From: Octopus sinensis
Taxonomy: Eukaryota
Assembly (NCBI RefSeq): GCF_006345805.1
Contig: NC_043013.1
Span: forward strand, 48,918,001-48,982,000
Direction: 5' to 3'
Length of the DNA stretch: 64,000 nt
The position numbers and the translations under genes are program-made. Below are positions 53,497 through 64,000 of the stretch, piece by piece; position 1 is the stretch's first letter, and the number at the start of each line of letters is the position of its first letter. The notes below the pieces were generated by a model that was not told the origin of the DNA, ran no database searches, and worked only from the letters and a program-made list of their open reading frames with translations.

Positions 53497-56312
53497 CTCG
53501 ACGATATCGACTTGCTCCTCCAGGTTCCGAGGCGCAAGCCGATGGACTTGTCCTTGTTAACTTTTGCTCCTGTCACCGCTCCGTATCCTCTGAGAGTATC
53601 TTCTACACGAGGTAGCTCTGCTTCGTTGGCACGATGAAGGTGACATCATCCACTGAAGCAGAAACAGACTTACGGCATCCGATTTTATTAGGGTTGCATC
53701 CCAACTTCTCCAACTTCCGCGGCAATGGCTCGAGCGCCAACACGTACAGAAGCGGAGATAAGGGACATCCTTGACGAACGGAGCGCTTGATCGAAAACGG
53801 CTCCGTCAGGTAACCGTTTATCTGGACTGTGGACTTGATGCCACTATACATGGCGGAGATCCACCCGCGAAAGCCCGAGTCCAGCCCAGCCACTTCGAGG
53901 ACCGCCGCCAAGTACCGATGGTCTACCCTATCAAACGCTTTACTTTGATCTAAATGGACCATTGCCCCACTTTTGCCGGATAATTTACAAATCCTATTTA
54001 AGGTGTAAGGGATAAGGTGAAGATTATCCTTGATCGACCTGCCTGGGATTGCACATGTCTGTGCCTTCCCTATAAGTTTCTCCACGAAATAACCCTCTAT
54101 TCTAGTTCTATCTAAACTTAGCTGCTTACTAAATTTAATGGACCCCAAACGGATGGCTCTTTTGAGGTTGTGCCACCATCTATTATTAATGATTGCGTCA
54201 CATAGTGCCCTCTGTACTAACTCCTTAATCCGGGCATGGAAGTCTTTACAAGTCAACATAGACTTGTTCATCTTCCATTACTCCGGTCCCTGTCTATGAC
54301 ATTTATCTACGCGTACCTCACACGTCACAAGTTTGTGATCTGTGTAAGGTACACTAAAAAATCGTGGACAGTTAAAAGTATCTCTATCCCTAACGAATAC
54401 TCTATCTATGTAAGATCTGCGTGAGCCGTCGTTATTACTCCACATCCACTGTGGAACGCTCGGCTCATCCAATCTGTAACGGTCTACTAGATTATAGCTC
54501 TCTAGTAGACCCTTGAGGCCAGGATTCCCTTCCTATCGCTCGAGCCAATACTATCCACCGCGCATCGAGGATAGTTAAACTCCCCTAACAGAACTACCGT
54601 TTTAGTCTCGAAAAAATCCAGACTGCCCACGCTCGTTAGGAGCGTAGACATTTACCAACCTGAAGGACTGCTTACCCACGTGGGTTACATGCAGGATGAC
54701 CAGCCTACCTTTTGGGTCCAGAAAGACAGTACTTACTTGTAAGTCCAAGTTCTTCCTGAATAAGACCACCACGCCCCCTCCCCCTTGTCGGCTAGGAGCA
54801 ATAATTTCTCGTAGCATTCAAGAGAGACGAGAACGCTTGTGGTCCACTCATCAAATGTATAACACATTTTTTAAAAAACACTTTGGAAACCTATTCATTC
54901 GACACTTGCAAAATGACTTGTTTTCCCTTTTTTTTTCTGAAAAGTTCAAATAAATATTTTCTGAGTTACAGTCTTTACAAAATTGTATCGACTTACCTCT
55001 TCTGTCTCTCACAATGTCTTTCACTCTTACACTCCTTTACGTTGGGGTATCCTATCTCACTATAATTTTCCGTTTTTGGTGTTGTTCATGTTTCCTGCTG
55101 TTTTGTGAGTGCTTGTATCAAGAACTCACAAAACAGCCGGAACAGTCTGTGTGTTCGTGTTTTTGTGTGTCTGTGTGTCCGTTTGACTGAAACTCTACGT
55201 GTTTCGTCTGTGTATCCCTGTTTTTAGGTTTCCGTACTTCTGAGTTGTCTTGTTTCTGGTCTACATGACTCTGTTCTTTTAATTCATTTGCTGGTACTTC
55301 CGCAGGTAAATTTTCTCCATTTCTCGTCGTGGGTTTCTTCTTCCATTCCTTTACACTTCTTCTCTTCTGCTATCGTCGGTGACTTTCTTCTCTCTTTTTC
55401 CCTGGGTTTTACCTCCGCCAAATTGCCATCATATTCTATTCTCTGCTTCTGCTTTTTTCCACCACTGTATCTTCCTGTACACTCTCTTCCACCATTTCTA
55501 CTGCTGCTCTAGGGCATTTCCTTCTCAGGTGCAATCTTTCACAGCATTGGTAACATTCTGGTGGGGGGTTTCTCCTCCAAAATTACTTCCAGCTTTTCAC
55601 CGTTTTGTAATTCCACAGTTTCCGCCATTTCGTCGTAATATTCTAAGGTTCCTGTGCAAATTATTTCGATACCATAACCTCAGCAATTCAATTGTTGCTT
55701 ACTATGCAAATGTTCAGGTTTTCACTTCCCTTCACCAGCTCTGAATTAAACGTTGCTACTATTATCCATTCTGGGTCTATCGATGGTGGGATTCGTCCCA
55801 CCCTGACCATTGCGATTCTTTTGCCCAAACAGTTCGGCACCACCGTCCATTTCTCTCCCATTATCAGTCTGTTATCATTCATTTCCGCCTCTTCTTCTGA
55901 TGCAAAGGCGACTATTATAGTCGAGTATTTCCTTCCTCTTGTAAAAAAAGTTATTCCTTCACCCATTTGTTCCTTCAATATTTCCTCTATCTCTTCCTGC
56001 GGTGCGTGCTCTATTCTCCTATTTTCATTCGAAAATGTTCTGAATATCACCGTTTTGCTTTCCATTTTTAGTTTTTCCTCCTCTGGCGGGGTCATTTTTA
56101 TGTTTGACCCTTCTTTTTCTATCATGCCATAATATTTTGCTATCTTCTCTTCATTCCACTCCATCCGCTTCGACTTCAGCACACGCGAGTCTATAGCATC
56201 TCAACCTCCGGTAGCTTCCGCGTAAATTTTCATTTCAATTATTCGCTTCCACCCAACGATTGTGGCTTCGCACAAAAAATTTCGTTTCGAATTCTTCAAA
56301 AAACAACAAAAG
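53497..56312 (-). mobile_element. Tx1/L1-clade LINE, unit 1 (ORF1, APE, RT; deleted and frameshifted)
   Basis: APE: DPKGRLVIL..LVNVYAPN, SYIDRVFV..TDHKLV. RT: LDQSKAFDRVDH, SVRQGCPLSPLLY. ORF1 at about 55000-56200. Confidence 0.88.
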
Positions 56313-56332
56313 GGCGTGGCTTGCTAGCTTGA

Positions 56333-58088
56333 CTCTTTATTACAGGCACAAGGCCTAATTACAGAGGGGACATACAAAGACATGCGGGAACATAAAATAT
56401 ATGAAGGATGAATGTGAAATGAATATATTTACAATGCAAATGAGACGGCCATCTCGCTCCCGCTGCGAGATGAAACCGTGGATTCCTTTTTACTTAAACG
56501 TTTAGACAACCTCTAGCCTCGCTCCGAAGCCGCGACTTCCCTTTTCGCTTTTGCCTTACAATTTTCACACCTTTTATCCAATTGTTCATAGAGGATTTAC
56601 TTCTTATTTCCCCCACCTTCTTTAACTAAAGTATCACAATATTTAAAAAAAAAATGGGAAATCTGTTCATTCAACCATTACAAAATTTACTTGTTTTTCC
56701 TTTTTTTCCTTAAAAGTTCAAATAAACAGTTTCCTCAGTTATAGTTTCTACATGATTATATCGACTTACCTCTTCTGTCTCTCACAATGTTTTTCACTCT
56801 TACAATCTTTTACGTTGGGGTGTCCTATCTCACTACAATTTTCTTTTTGTTTGGGTTTTTCATGTTGTCCCTTTTTGTTTCTATTTTCCTGCTGTTTTGT
56901 GTGTTCTTGTATTTTCGTCTCTAAGTCTGTGTTCTCGTGTATTTGTATGTCTGTGTGTTCGTTTGACTGTAACTTTACGTATTTCGTCTGTGTGACTATG
57001 CTTTTAGGTTTCCGTAATTCTGGGTTGCTTTTGTTTCTGGTTGAATGACTTTGTACTTCTAATTCCTTTTCTGGTACTTCCACTGGTAAATTTCCTCCGT
57101 TCCTCGTCGTGGGTTGGGTTTCTTCCTCCATTCCTTTACTCTTCTTCCGCTGTCGTCGGTGACTTTCTTCTCTATCGTTCCCTGGGTTTTACCTCCGCAA
57201 AATTCCAATTATATTCTATTTTTGTTTCTGCTTTTTTCCCCACCACTGTATCTTACCGTACACTCTCTTCCACCATTTCCACTGCTGCTATAGGGCATTT
57301 CCTTCTCAGGTGCTCTCTTTCATCACATTCGTAGCATTTTGGGGTCTCCCCTCCAACATTATTTCCAGTTTTTCACCGTTTGGTAATTCCAAAGTTTCCG
57401 CGATTTCGTCGTAATATTTTGGGCTTACCGCACACATTATTTCGATACCATAACCTCAGTAACTCAATTGTTGTGTTCTACTTGGTATGCCAATCTTAAG
57501 GTCTTCTCTAGTCTTCCTCATCTCTGAATTAAAGTTTGTGGCTATTACCCATACTGGGTCTATCGCCGGTGGGATTCTTCACACCTTGACGATTCTTTTT
57601 CCCTAACACTTCGGCATCAACGTCCACTTCACTCCCGTCAACATCATGTTGCCGGAATTTTTCGCCTCCTCTTCTGAAAGAAAAGTTACTACTATAGTTC
57701 CGTATCTTCTTTCTCTTGTAAAAAACGTTATCTTTTCTCCCATGTTCATCACCAACATTTCCTCTATCTCTTCCTGTGGCGTGTGTTCTATTCTTCCATT
57801 TTCATTTGAAAATGTTCTGAATGTTACCGTCTTGTTTTCCATTTTTCTTTTTTCCTCCTCTGGCAGGGTTATTTTTATGCTTGACCCTCCTTTCTTTACA
57901 TTCTCACAATATTTGGTTATCTTCTCTTCATTCCACTCCATCTTCTCCGGCTTCAGCACACGTGGGTCTATAGAGTCTCGACCTCCAGTAGCTTCTGCGT
58001 AACTCTTAATTTTTTCAATTGTTTCACTACCACACAACAATGGCGGTTTCGCAAAACATTCGGTTAGACTCCTCCCAAAAAACAAAAA
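56333..58088 (-). mobile_element. Tx1-like LINE, unit 2 (ORF1 joined to a 3' end), head-to-tail with unit 1
   Basis: About 56635-58088 is a diverged copy of about 54860-56312; 56333-56630 looks like a 3' end with AATAAA (56336-41, minus strand). Confidence 0.75.
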
Positions 58089-58259
58089 GTGGCATGGTAG
58101 CTGTTGATGCTCATCTACCTCTGTGAACATATAATAATTCAAGTGAAATACATTCACTGATTTCGAGACTAGTTTCCATCAGTCTGGAGTAGCACGGTTT
58201 GCTAGCTGTTGAAGCCCATCTGCTTTTGTAAACATCGACAGCTAGCAAACCATGCTACT

Positions 58260-58300
58260 CCAGACTGATGATGTGCAATGACTCTGAAACTAGTCTCTGG
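58260..58300 (+). ncRNA. Minimal type I hammerhead motif inside an inverted repeat
   Basis: ccaga-CTGATGA-tgtgcaatgactct-GAAAC-TA-GTC-tctgg. Perfect 5-bp stem I and palindromic ACTAGT; stem II is poor. Confidence 0.65.
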
Positions 58301-59346
58301 TTGTTGGTTTTGCTGGGTGGAGGTGCTTATCTCCCATTTGTAAACATAAGGCCACAGGAAATGTGTCAAGGCCAGTAGGAAACGGTGTTTCCTAGAGTTA
58401 AATAGCAGTAGCATTCTTCCTTTTCATGGGACTGTCACATTAATTGACAACATACCATCACTTTATTGTGCTGCTACTGTATAAATCTCTCTAAGAGATT
58501 TAGAAATATTTCTATCATATATATATATATATATATACACACGAGTCGAGGTGAATCATACACTCTCTGGGTGCTTATTTGTCTTTTTCCCGCTGAAAGA
58601 AAAAACAGCTGAACATTCTATCTACGATTGTTGAAAACTGAAATTTAGGATCTGCAATAGTTTAAATGAAACTTAAGTTAATCGGAAGTTTTGCACTATT
58701 TTTTAAAGGTAGTGTTAATGCGCTTTTTAAAGATAGTCGTTATAAATTTTTTTATGTGCTTCGTTCTTTTTTTGTGTGTTTTGAAGCGGGAAATAGTTCT
58801 TACGAACACCTGTCAATTCTCTTATGATCCATTTCTTTTTCGAGTTGCTTGAAATCCTTCCTTGAAAACGTTTTCTTCACCATACTTTCTACATCCATAT
58901 TTCCAACGTAGTTTCTATTCTTCTTTCTTTAAATTCATCGTCATATGTCTTCAAATAGATTCCTGATATTTTCTAAACCCTTTTAAAAGGGTTTAGAAAA
59001 TAACCACCACAGATCTTTCGTCATTTGGAGTTGTTTTGTTTTGTGATTTTTCTTTCTGTTCCTTGAATGTTTTTTTTCTTTCTTTTGCTTACTGAACTTT
59101 CAAGTTTTAGTAATAGCTTTTCTGCAGAAATTTTTTGTCTGTTTTTTTTTGTGTTGTTTAATTTAGGTTTGTGTTTTCATACATCCTTGCATTAGCCATT
59201 TTCTGTTATTTCCTCAATTTTGTAACCTTTGCTCCACAATTTACAAGCCATGAGGGATACTTTCCCTGTTATTAAGTAGACGCCTTTTTTCATTGGGTGA
59301 CAGTGTTGCATTCTAGCGCTTTTACTTCTTGTTTTACTTCCTTTAT

Positions 59347-59387
<41 letters not shown>

Positions 59388-59678
59388 CACTTTCTAGCCT
59401 TTTATTCGGCTTCTTCACATCTAGAGTAAGACTAAACCAACTTCTTGTGTACACGCTAAAATGCTAGAGCGAAAGCTAATATTTATAATCAGGTGAAGTG
59501 ATATGTTTCCATCGTTTCTACATGGACTACTTAAATAAAAATGTCATTACTTTTCTCAGTATCCACTTTCCTTCTCTATCGTTACGACCCATTTCACAAT
59601 TTTCTTTTCGACCAAATTAGTTTCCTACGTTAGAATTTTTTTTCAAAATTCTCATAACTAATATTCTTTCTAATGCAG

Positions 59679-59846
59679 GATCCCAGATATAATGATGAAG
59701 TTGATAGAATATTAGGTTACAAAACCGAATCTCTCTTGTGTATGCCAATAAGGAATTCAGGTGACGAAATTGTTGGAATCGCGCAAATCATCAATAAACG
59801 AGGAGGCCCTGATGAAAAGAATTTATTCACCAAAGAAGACGAAAAG
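59679..59846 (+). CDS. PDE11A: PDE11A-like exon (GAF-A core with NKFDE motif)
   Basis: Acceptor ttctttctaatgcAG (59677-78), donor AAG|GTTTGT, 56 codons, phase 0. [40 protein letters not shown]...FTKEDEK continues the previous exon in frame. Confidence 0.93.
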
Positions 59847-60189
59847 GTTTGTATTCCAAAACATTCTTATTAAAAAACAGATATTGTCTTTATCATTATG
59901 AATACAAAAAGTCTTTATTTTAGATGCACACAGACATACACACACTTATACGAAAACATATACCCACACATGCATGCATGAATGTATGTATGTATGAATG
60001 TATGTTTACTTGCGCGTGTGTAGATGTAATGTTTATACAATAGAATTGACCAGTGGTTTCAATGTGTTTCATAATTACCTAACCTTCTCACATGTTTACA
60101 CGACTACAATTATATGTCAATACAATTGTTACGACAACTGAAGAATCTCTTTATTTCATTATAAGAAAACAAATTTGGAAAAGAAAAAT

Positions 60190-60752
60190 AGTTTCAGATT
60201 TTGCCACAAGGGTAGCCATTTTGGGGGAGGGGGTAAGTCGATCACATCGACCCCAGTGTTTCAATAGTACTTATTTTATCGACCCCGAAAGGATGAAAGG
60301 CAAAATCGACCTCGGTGGAATTTGGACTCAGAACGTAGCGACGGGTGAAATGTTGCTAAGCATTTCGTCCAGCGCTCTAACGATTCTGCCGGCTCGCCGC
60401 CTTTAAGATGAGTCTATTAATCCTTTCTACGGGAGGTATAAGATTTGTGGGGAGGGGACTAGTCAATTACTTAATTAATCGACCCCGAAAGAATGAAAGG
60501 AAAGTCGACCTCGGCGGAATTTGAACTCAGAACGTAGCGACGGGCGAAATACTAAGATAAGTATATTAATCCTTTCTAGTATAGGAACAATGCCTGAAAT
60601 TGTGAGGTAGAGGGCTGGTCGATGTAGTCGACCCCGAGAGGATGTAAGGCAAATTCGACCTTGGCAGAATTTGAACCCAGACCATAAAGATGAAAGAAAT
60701 GCTATCAAGCATTTCGCCCGGCGTGCTAACGATTCTACCAGCTCGCCGCCTT
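60190..60752 (-). mobile_element. Three head-to-tail SINE A copies
   Basis: 60190-60403, 60416-60552 and 60566-60752; TSD AGATAAGTATA at 60555-65 and 60753-63. Confidence 0.88.
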
Positions 60753-60885
60753 AGATAAGTATAATAAGGATACGCTAAAGACTCCCGGGCGGCATTTTAC
60801 AACGCTTTTCTGTCTACAAGACAGTAAATAACATTATTTATTTCGAAGTGCTTTTAAGCCTTCACTAAGTGAAAGAAGTTACTTT

Positions 60886-61315
60886 GTATCTTTTCGGTTT
60901 GAACGGCAGTTTATTCTAGCGGTGTCATATGAAATTGTCACCCATAATTATGACCCTAGTATCGATCTATAGCATTTCAATCTGTTTTAGGGTTAGGGTT
61001 AGTTAGGGGTGGGGGTAGGGGGAAGGTATCTTTTTTTCTTCGCAAATGTAAATAAACCCAATCTGTTTCTTAAACGAGGGACATATTCATACGACACAGA
61101 ATGTTATTTTACCTCAGTAGACGTCATTGATTGATTGGTTGAAATTGCAGAAATTGAAGAAAAAAACAACAAATATCTTACAAACTATAGAATTTTCTCA
61201 ATAAAGCCAAGAGAAAAAGATGTTTTATAAACACATTCTACCAGTATACGAAGTTTAAAATTTTTTAGTTACCTAGAAGTTATGTTAAAAACTGCCGTTC
61301 AAACCGAAAAGATCC
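60886..61315. mobile_element. MITE related to the foldback family, with TTAGGG repeats and an 8-bp TSD
   Basis: TIR G(T/G)ATCTTTTCGGTTTGAACGGCAGTT; TSD GTTACTTT (60878-85 and 61316-23). Confidence 0.88.
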
Positions 61316-61754
61316 GTTACTTTACTTAAAGAGAAGATATCAGACATTTCGTCAAGGGTTTTTCTTTTCTGATCGAAGGCCCTGTTCCGAACAACATAAC
61401 TCTTATTTCCTCACGAAAATATTATTCCGGTGTGAAAACTTTTTTTCTTCTGAATTTCTTTTTCGTATGTAGAGTCTATAAAGGTGACAGCCTATTCAGA
61501 GATAACCTAACTTTCAGTTTGAAGATTTTAACTGAGCAAAACTAACTGTAAAGAGATTAAAAAACGAAAACAAAACAGAAATGATTTTACGTTATTATTA
61601 ATGTTTCCAGTTGTTGAAATCTGTCTTTTACAACTTTAAACTCTTTTCTGCGTCACTTCGTTTAATTTCTATTTATATATTTTGTATATTTAACTGAAAC
61701 GAAAATCTGATGTAATCAAATATTTATATTCTCTTTAATTCTGTTTACCTCTAG

Positions 61755-61844
61755 CTTCTAGCAACTTACACAACATTCTGCGGAATCGCCATTCAAAATG
61801 CACAGCTATTTGACGCATGCAGTCGAGAATATGAGCGAAATAAG
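61755..61844 (+). CDS. PDE11A: PDE11A-like exon (end of GAF-A and linker)
   Basis: Too short for the ORF track. Acceptor tttacctctAG (61753-54), donor AAG|GTAAGT, 30 codons: LLATYTTFCGIAIQNAQLFDACSREYERNK (cf. PDE11A FCGIAISNAQLF..SRKEYER). Confidence 0.92.
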
Positions 61845-63310
61845 GTAAGTAAATGGTATGCAACGTCAATCAATCAGTACAACAAAAAGTGATGCAATTT
61901 GAAAATAAATCCAGCAGAACTTGTGGAAACTGAAAACAGTAAATGGATGTGATTTTTGATGAGATGGAGCATTCTAGATATTATTTAATAAATTATTTCT
62001 GAAGACGAACCAAAAGAGAGTCAAACCATTAAAATAATCTGACAGTGTGTAGAAACTATATCAATTGTAGATACGAATAATTTCATAAATTTATAAGCTA
62101 CTTAAAGTGTGACAGTTTAAACTTATTGATACAACACAAAGTCCACCACGCAGTTATATCAGCATAAAAAAAGCAAGTGTCTGCGTGTGAGTTTTTGTGT
62201 ATGTGTGTGTGTGTGTGCGTGAGAGAGGGAGAGAGAGAGAGAAACAAACAGATAGAGAAAGACACAGAGAGAAAGAGAGTATTTAGTGAACGGTCGTTTC
62301 ACATTGATATGAATTTCATATGAGTGGAAATAAAATAGAAATTGAGACATTGCAACACATTACGAGGACGTTGGAGGTTTTTAGACACTTGTATGTCGAC
62401 AACCACAAACACAGATATATATATATATATATATATCATCTATGTTGTATTTGTTTCAAACATTGAACTGCGGCCGAAACCATAGACAGGCGAGACAGTA
62501 TCGATGTCCGTCGCTCATGAATGGTACTCTGGGCGGACCTAGCACCACAAAATCTCTAATCAAAGAATAAATCTGGTTGCTCCCACCAAAGAAGAAGAAG
62601 AAGAGAGTGAGAGGTGGGTATTGGAGAAAGATAAAAGATGTGTAGATAGATAGACTGATAAAATATTGAATTGTATCAAAGTATTACAGACAACCACCAC
62701 ATTGAATTCAGAATTTACAGACCCTAAATACATAATAATATATTTAGTTCTCTCATACTACCTTTCCTTCATAAATTCTCGACTTCATATAATTTAAAAG
62801 TATGTGAATGTCATGCAAATTTTAGTGGTTAACTTTGGTAGAAGTTGCCAGAGTAGAATATTTAATTATAGCCTCCATTCTTCAGTCATTTTAAAATTAT
62901 CGCTTAAAATAACATGTCTCAAAAATTTTAATTGTATTTCAATACATGCTTAGGAAAAGTTTAACGTGTTTAGCTGAAATTCTTGATAAAACCAGAAATA
63001 TGAGATAACCGTCAAAATTACTTTATTAGTTGTGTATTTTATAAATTATATTAAATTAATAAAATTACATTCATTCGTTTATTGACAATTATCAAGATAT
63101 GCCCAGAATGAGTTATGATCGACATACTGTTGAGCAAAAAAACGTCGTTCCATTCTTGACATTCCTGTCTTTTTATGGGGACGTAAAGCTGCATTATCGA
63201 AGTAAGAATATATTTTCTTTACCTGGGTATGTGGAGTGAAGTGAGAATCAAAATCTGTAATATAGCTGCCAAAAGAATTTGTGAAATATATAAATTTAGC
63301 CTAAATATAA

Positions 63311-63474
63311 AGGCGCAGGAGTGGCTGTGTGGTAAGTAGCTTGCTAACCAGCCACATGGTTCCGGGTTCAGTCCCACTGCGTGGCACCTTGGGCAAGTGT
63401 CTTCTGCTATAGCCCCAGGCCGACCAATGCCCTGTCAGTGGATTTGGTAGACGGAAAGTGAAAGAAGCCTGTCG

Positions 63475-63547
<73 letters not shown>

Positions 63548-63756
63548 CTGTGTTTGTCCCCCCAGCATTGCTTGACAAACGATGCTGGTGTGTTTACGTC
63601 CCCGTCACTTAGCGGTTCGGCAGAAGAGACCGATAGAATAAGTACTGGGCTTACAAAGAATAAGTCCTGGGGTCGATTTGCTCGACTAAAGGCGGTGCTC
63701 CAGCATGGCCGCAGTCAAATGACTGAAACAAGTAAAAGAGTAAAGAGTAAAGAGTA
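63311..63756 (+). mobile_element. SINE family B, full length
   Basis: tRNA head, internal (TA)n(TG)n and (AAGAGTA)n tail. Confidence 0.9.
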
Positions 63757-64000
63757 ATGACAATGCTCACCAGACACTACTACTACATAGGGAAGTCAGA
63801 GGAAGAGAGGTAGTTACAGAGCACATGGAATTTGCAGGCCATTCCAAATTGTGGGAGATGTTTGTAACAATGTTTGTCTTATTACAGCAATAAGATGATC
63901 GTCGTGTCATGAGTGAATTGGTACACGGAGACGGCCGATGTGGTTGCAGCTCTTAATAGCAATCACATTAAACTCCCTCTTCTGCATGATCCCATGGGGT

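Noticed and set aside
58310-58480. Possible Penelope GIY-YIG C-terminus (CQL..LFNSRKHRFLL) beside the hammerhead
   Set aside because: Suggestive but too degenerate to call without a profile search.
61760-61761. Alternative AG acceptor 7 nt downstream of the exon start
   Set aside because: It would shift the frame, and nothing suggests it is used.

Overview
AT-rich, microsatellite-dense animal genomic DNA; the SINE families point to an octopus (inference). The only host gene I can support is a GAF-domain cyclic-nucleotide phosphodiesterase (PDE11A-like) on the + strand. It has three in-frame coding exons (36653-37483, 59679-59846, 61755-61844) with canonical GT-AG, phase-0 splice sites, and it continues past the window end. 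The rest is mostly transposon debris: tRNA-derived SINEs, RTE, CR1, Tx1 and restriction-like-endonuclease LINEs, a decayed Gypsy element, Tc1/mariner and hAT remnants, Helitron-like elements and foldback MITEs carrying telomeric repeats. Highlights: (1) about ten minimal type I hammerhead-ribozyme motifs of the Penelope-like-element kind, two or three well formed; (2) two head-to-tail Tx1 LINEs whose junctions carry sequence found just upstream of a hammerhead, suggesting a LINE that targets ribozyme repeats; (3) a SINE whose 9-bp target duplications end in ATACC and which forms self-arrays; (4) a long-TIR element with a possible tyrosine-recombinase remnant; (5) a 1.1-kb nested hairpin in the PDE intron. 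Family names come from recalled motifs, not database searches, and element boundaries are approximate.
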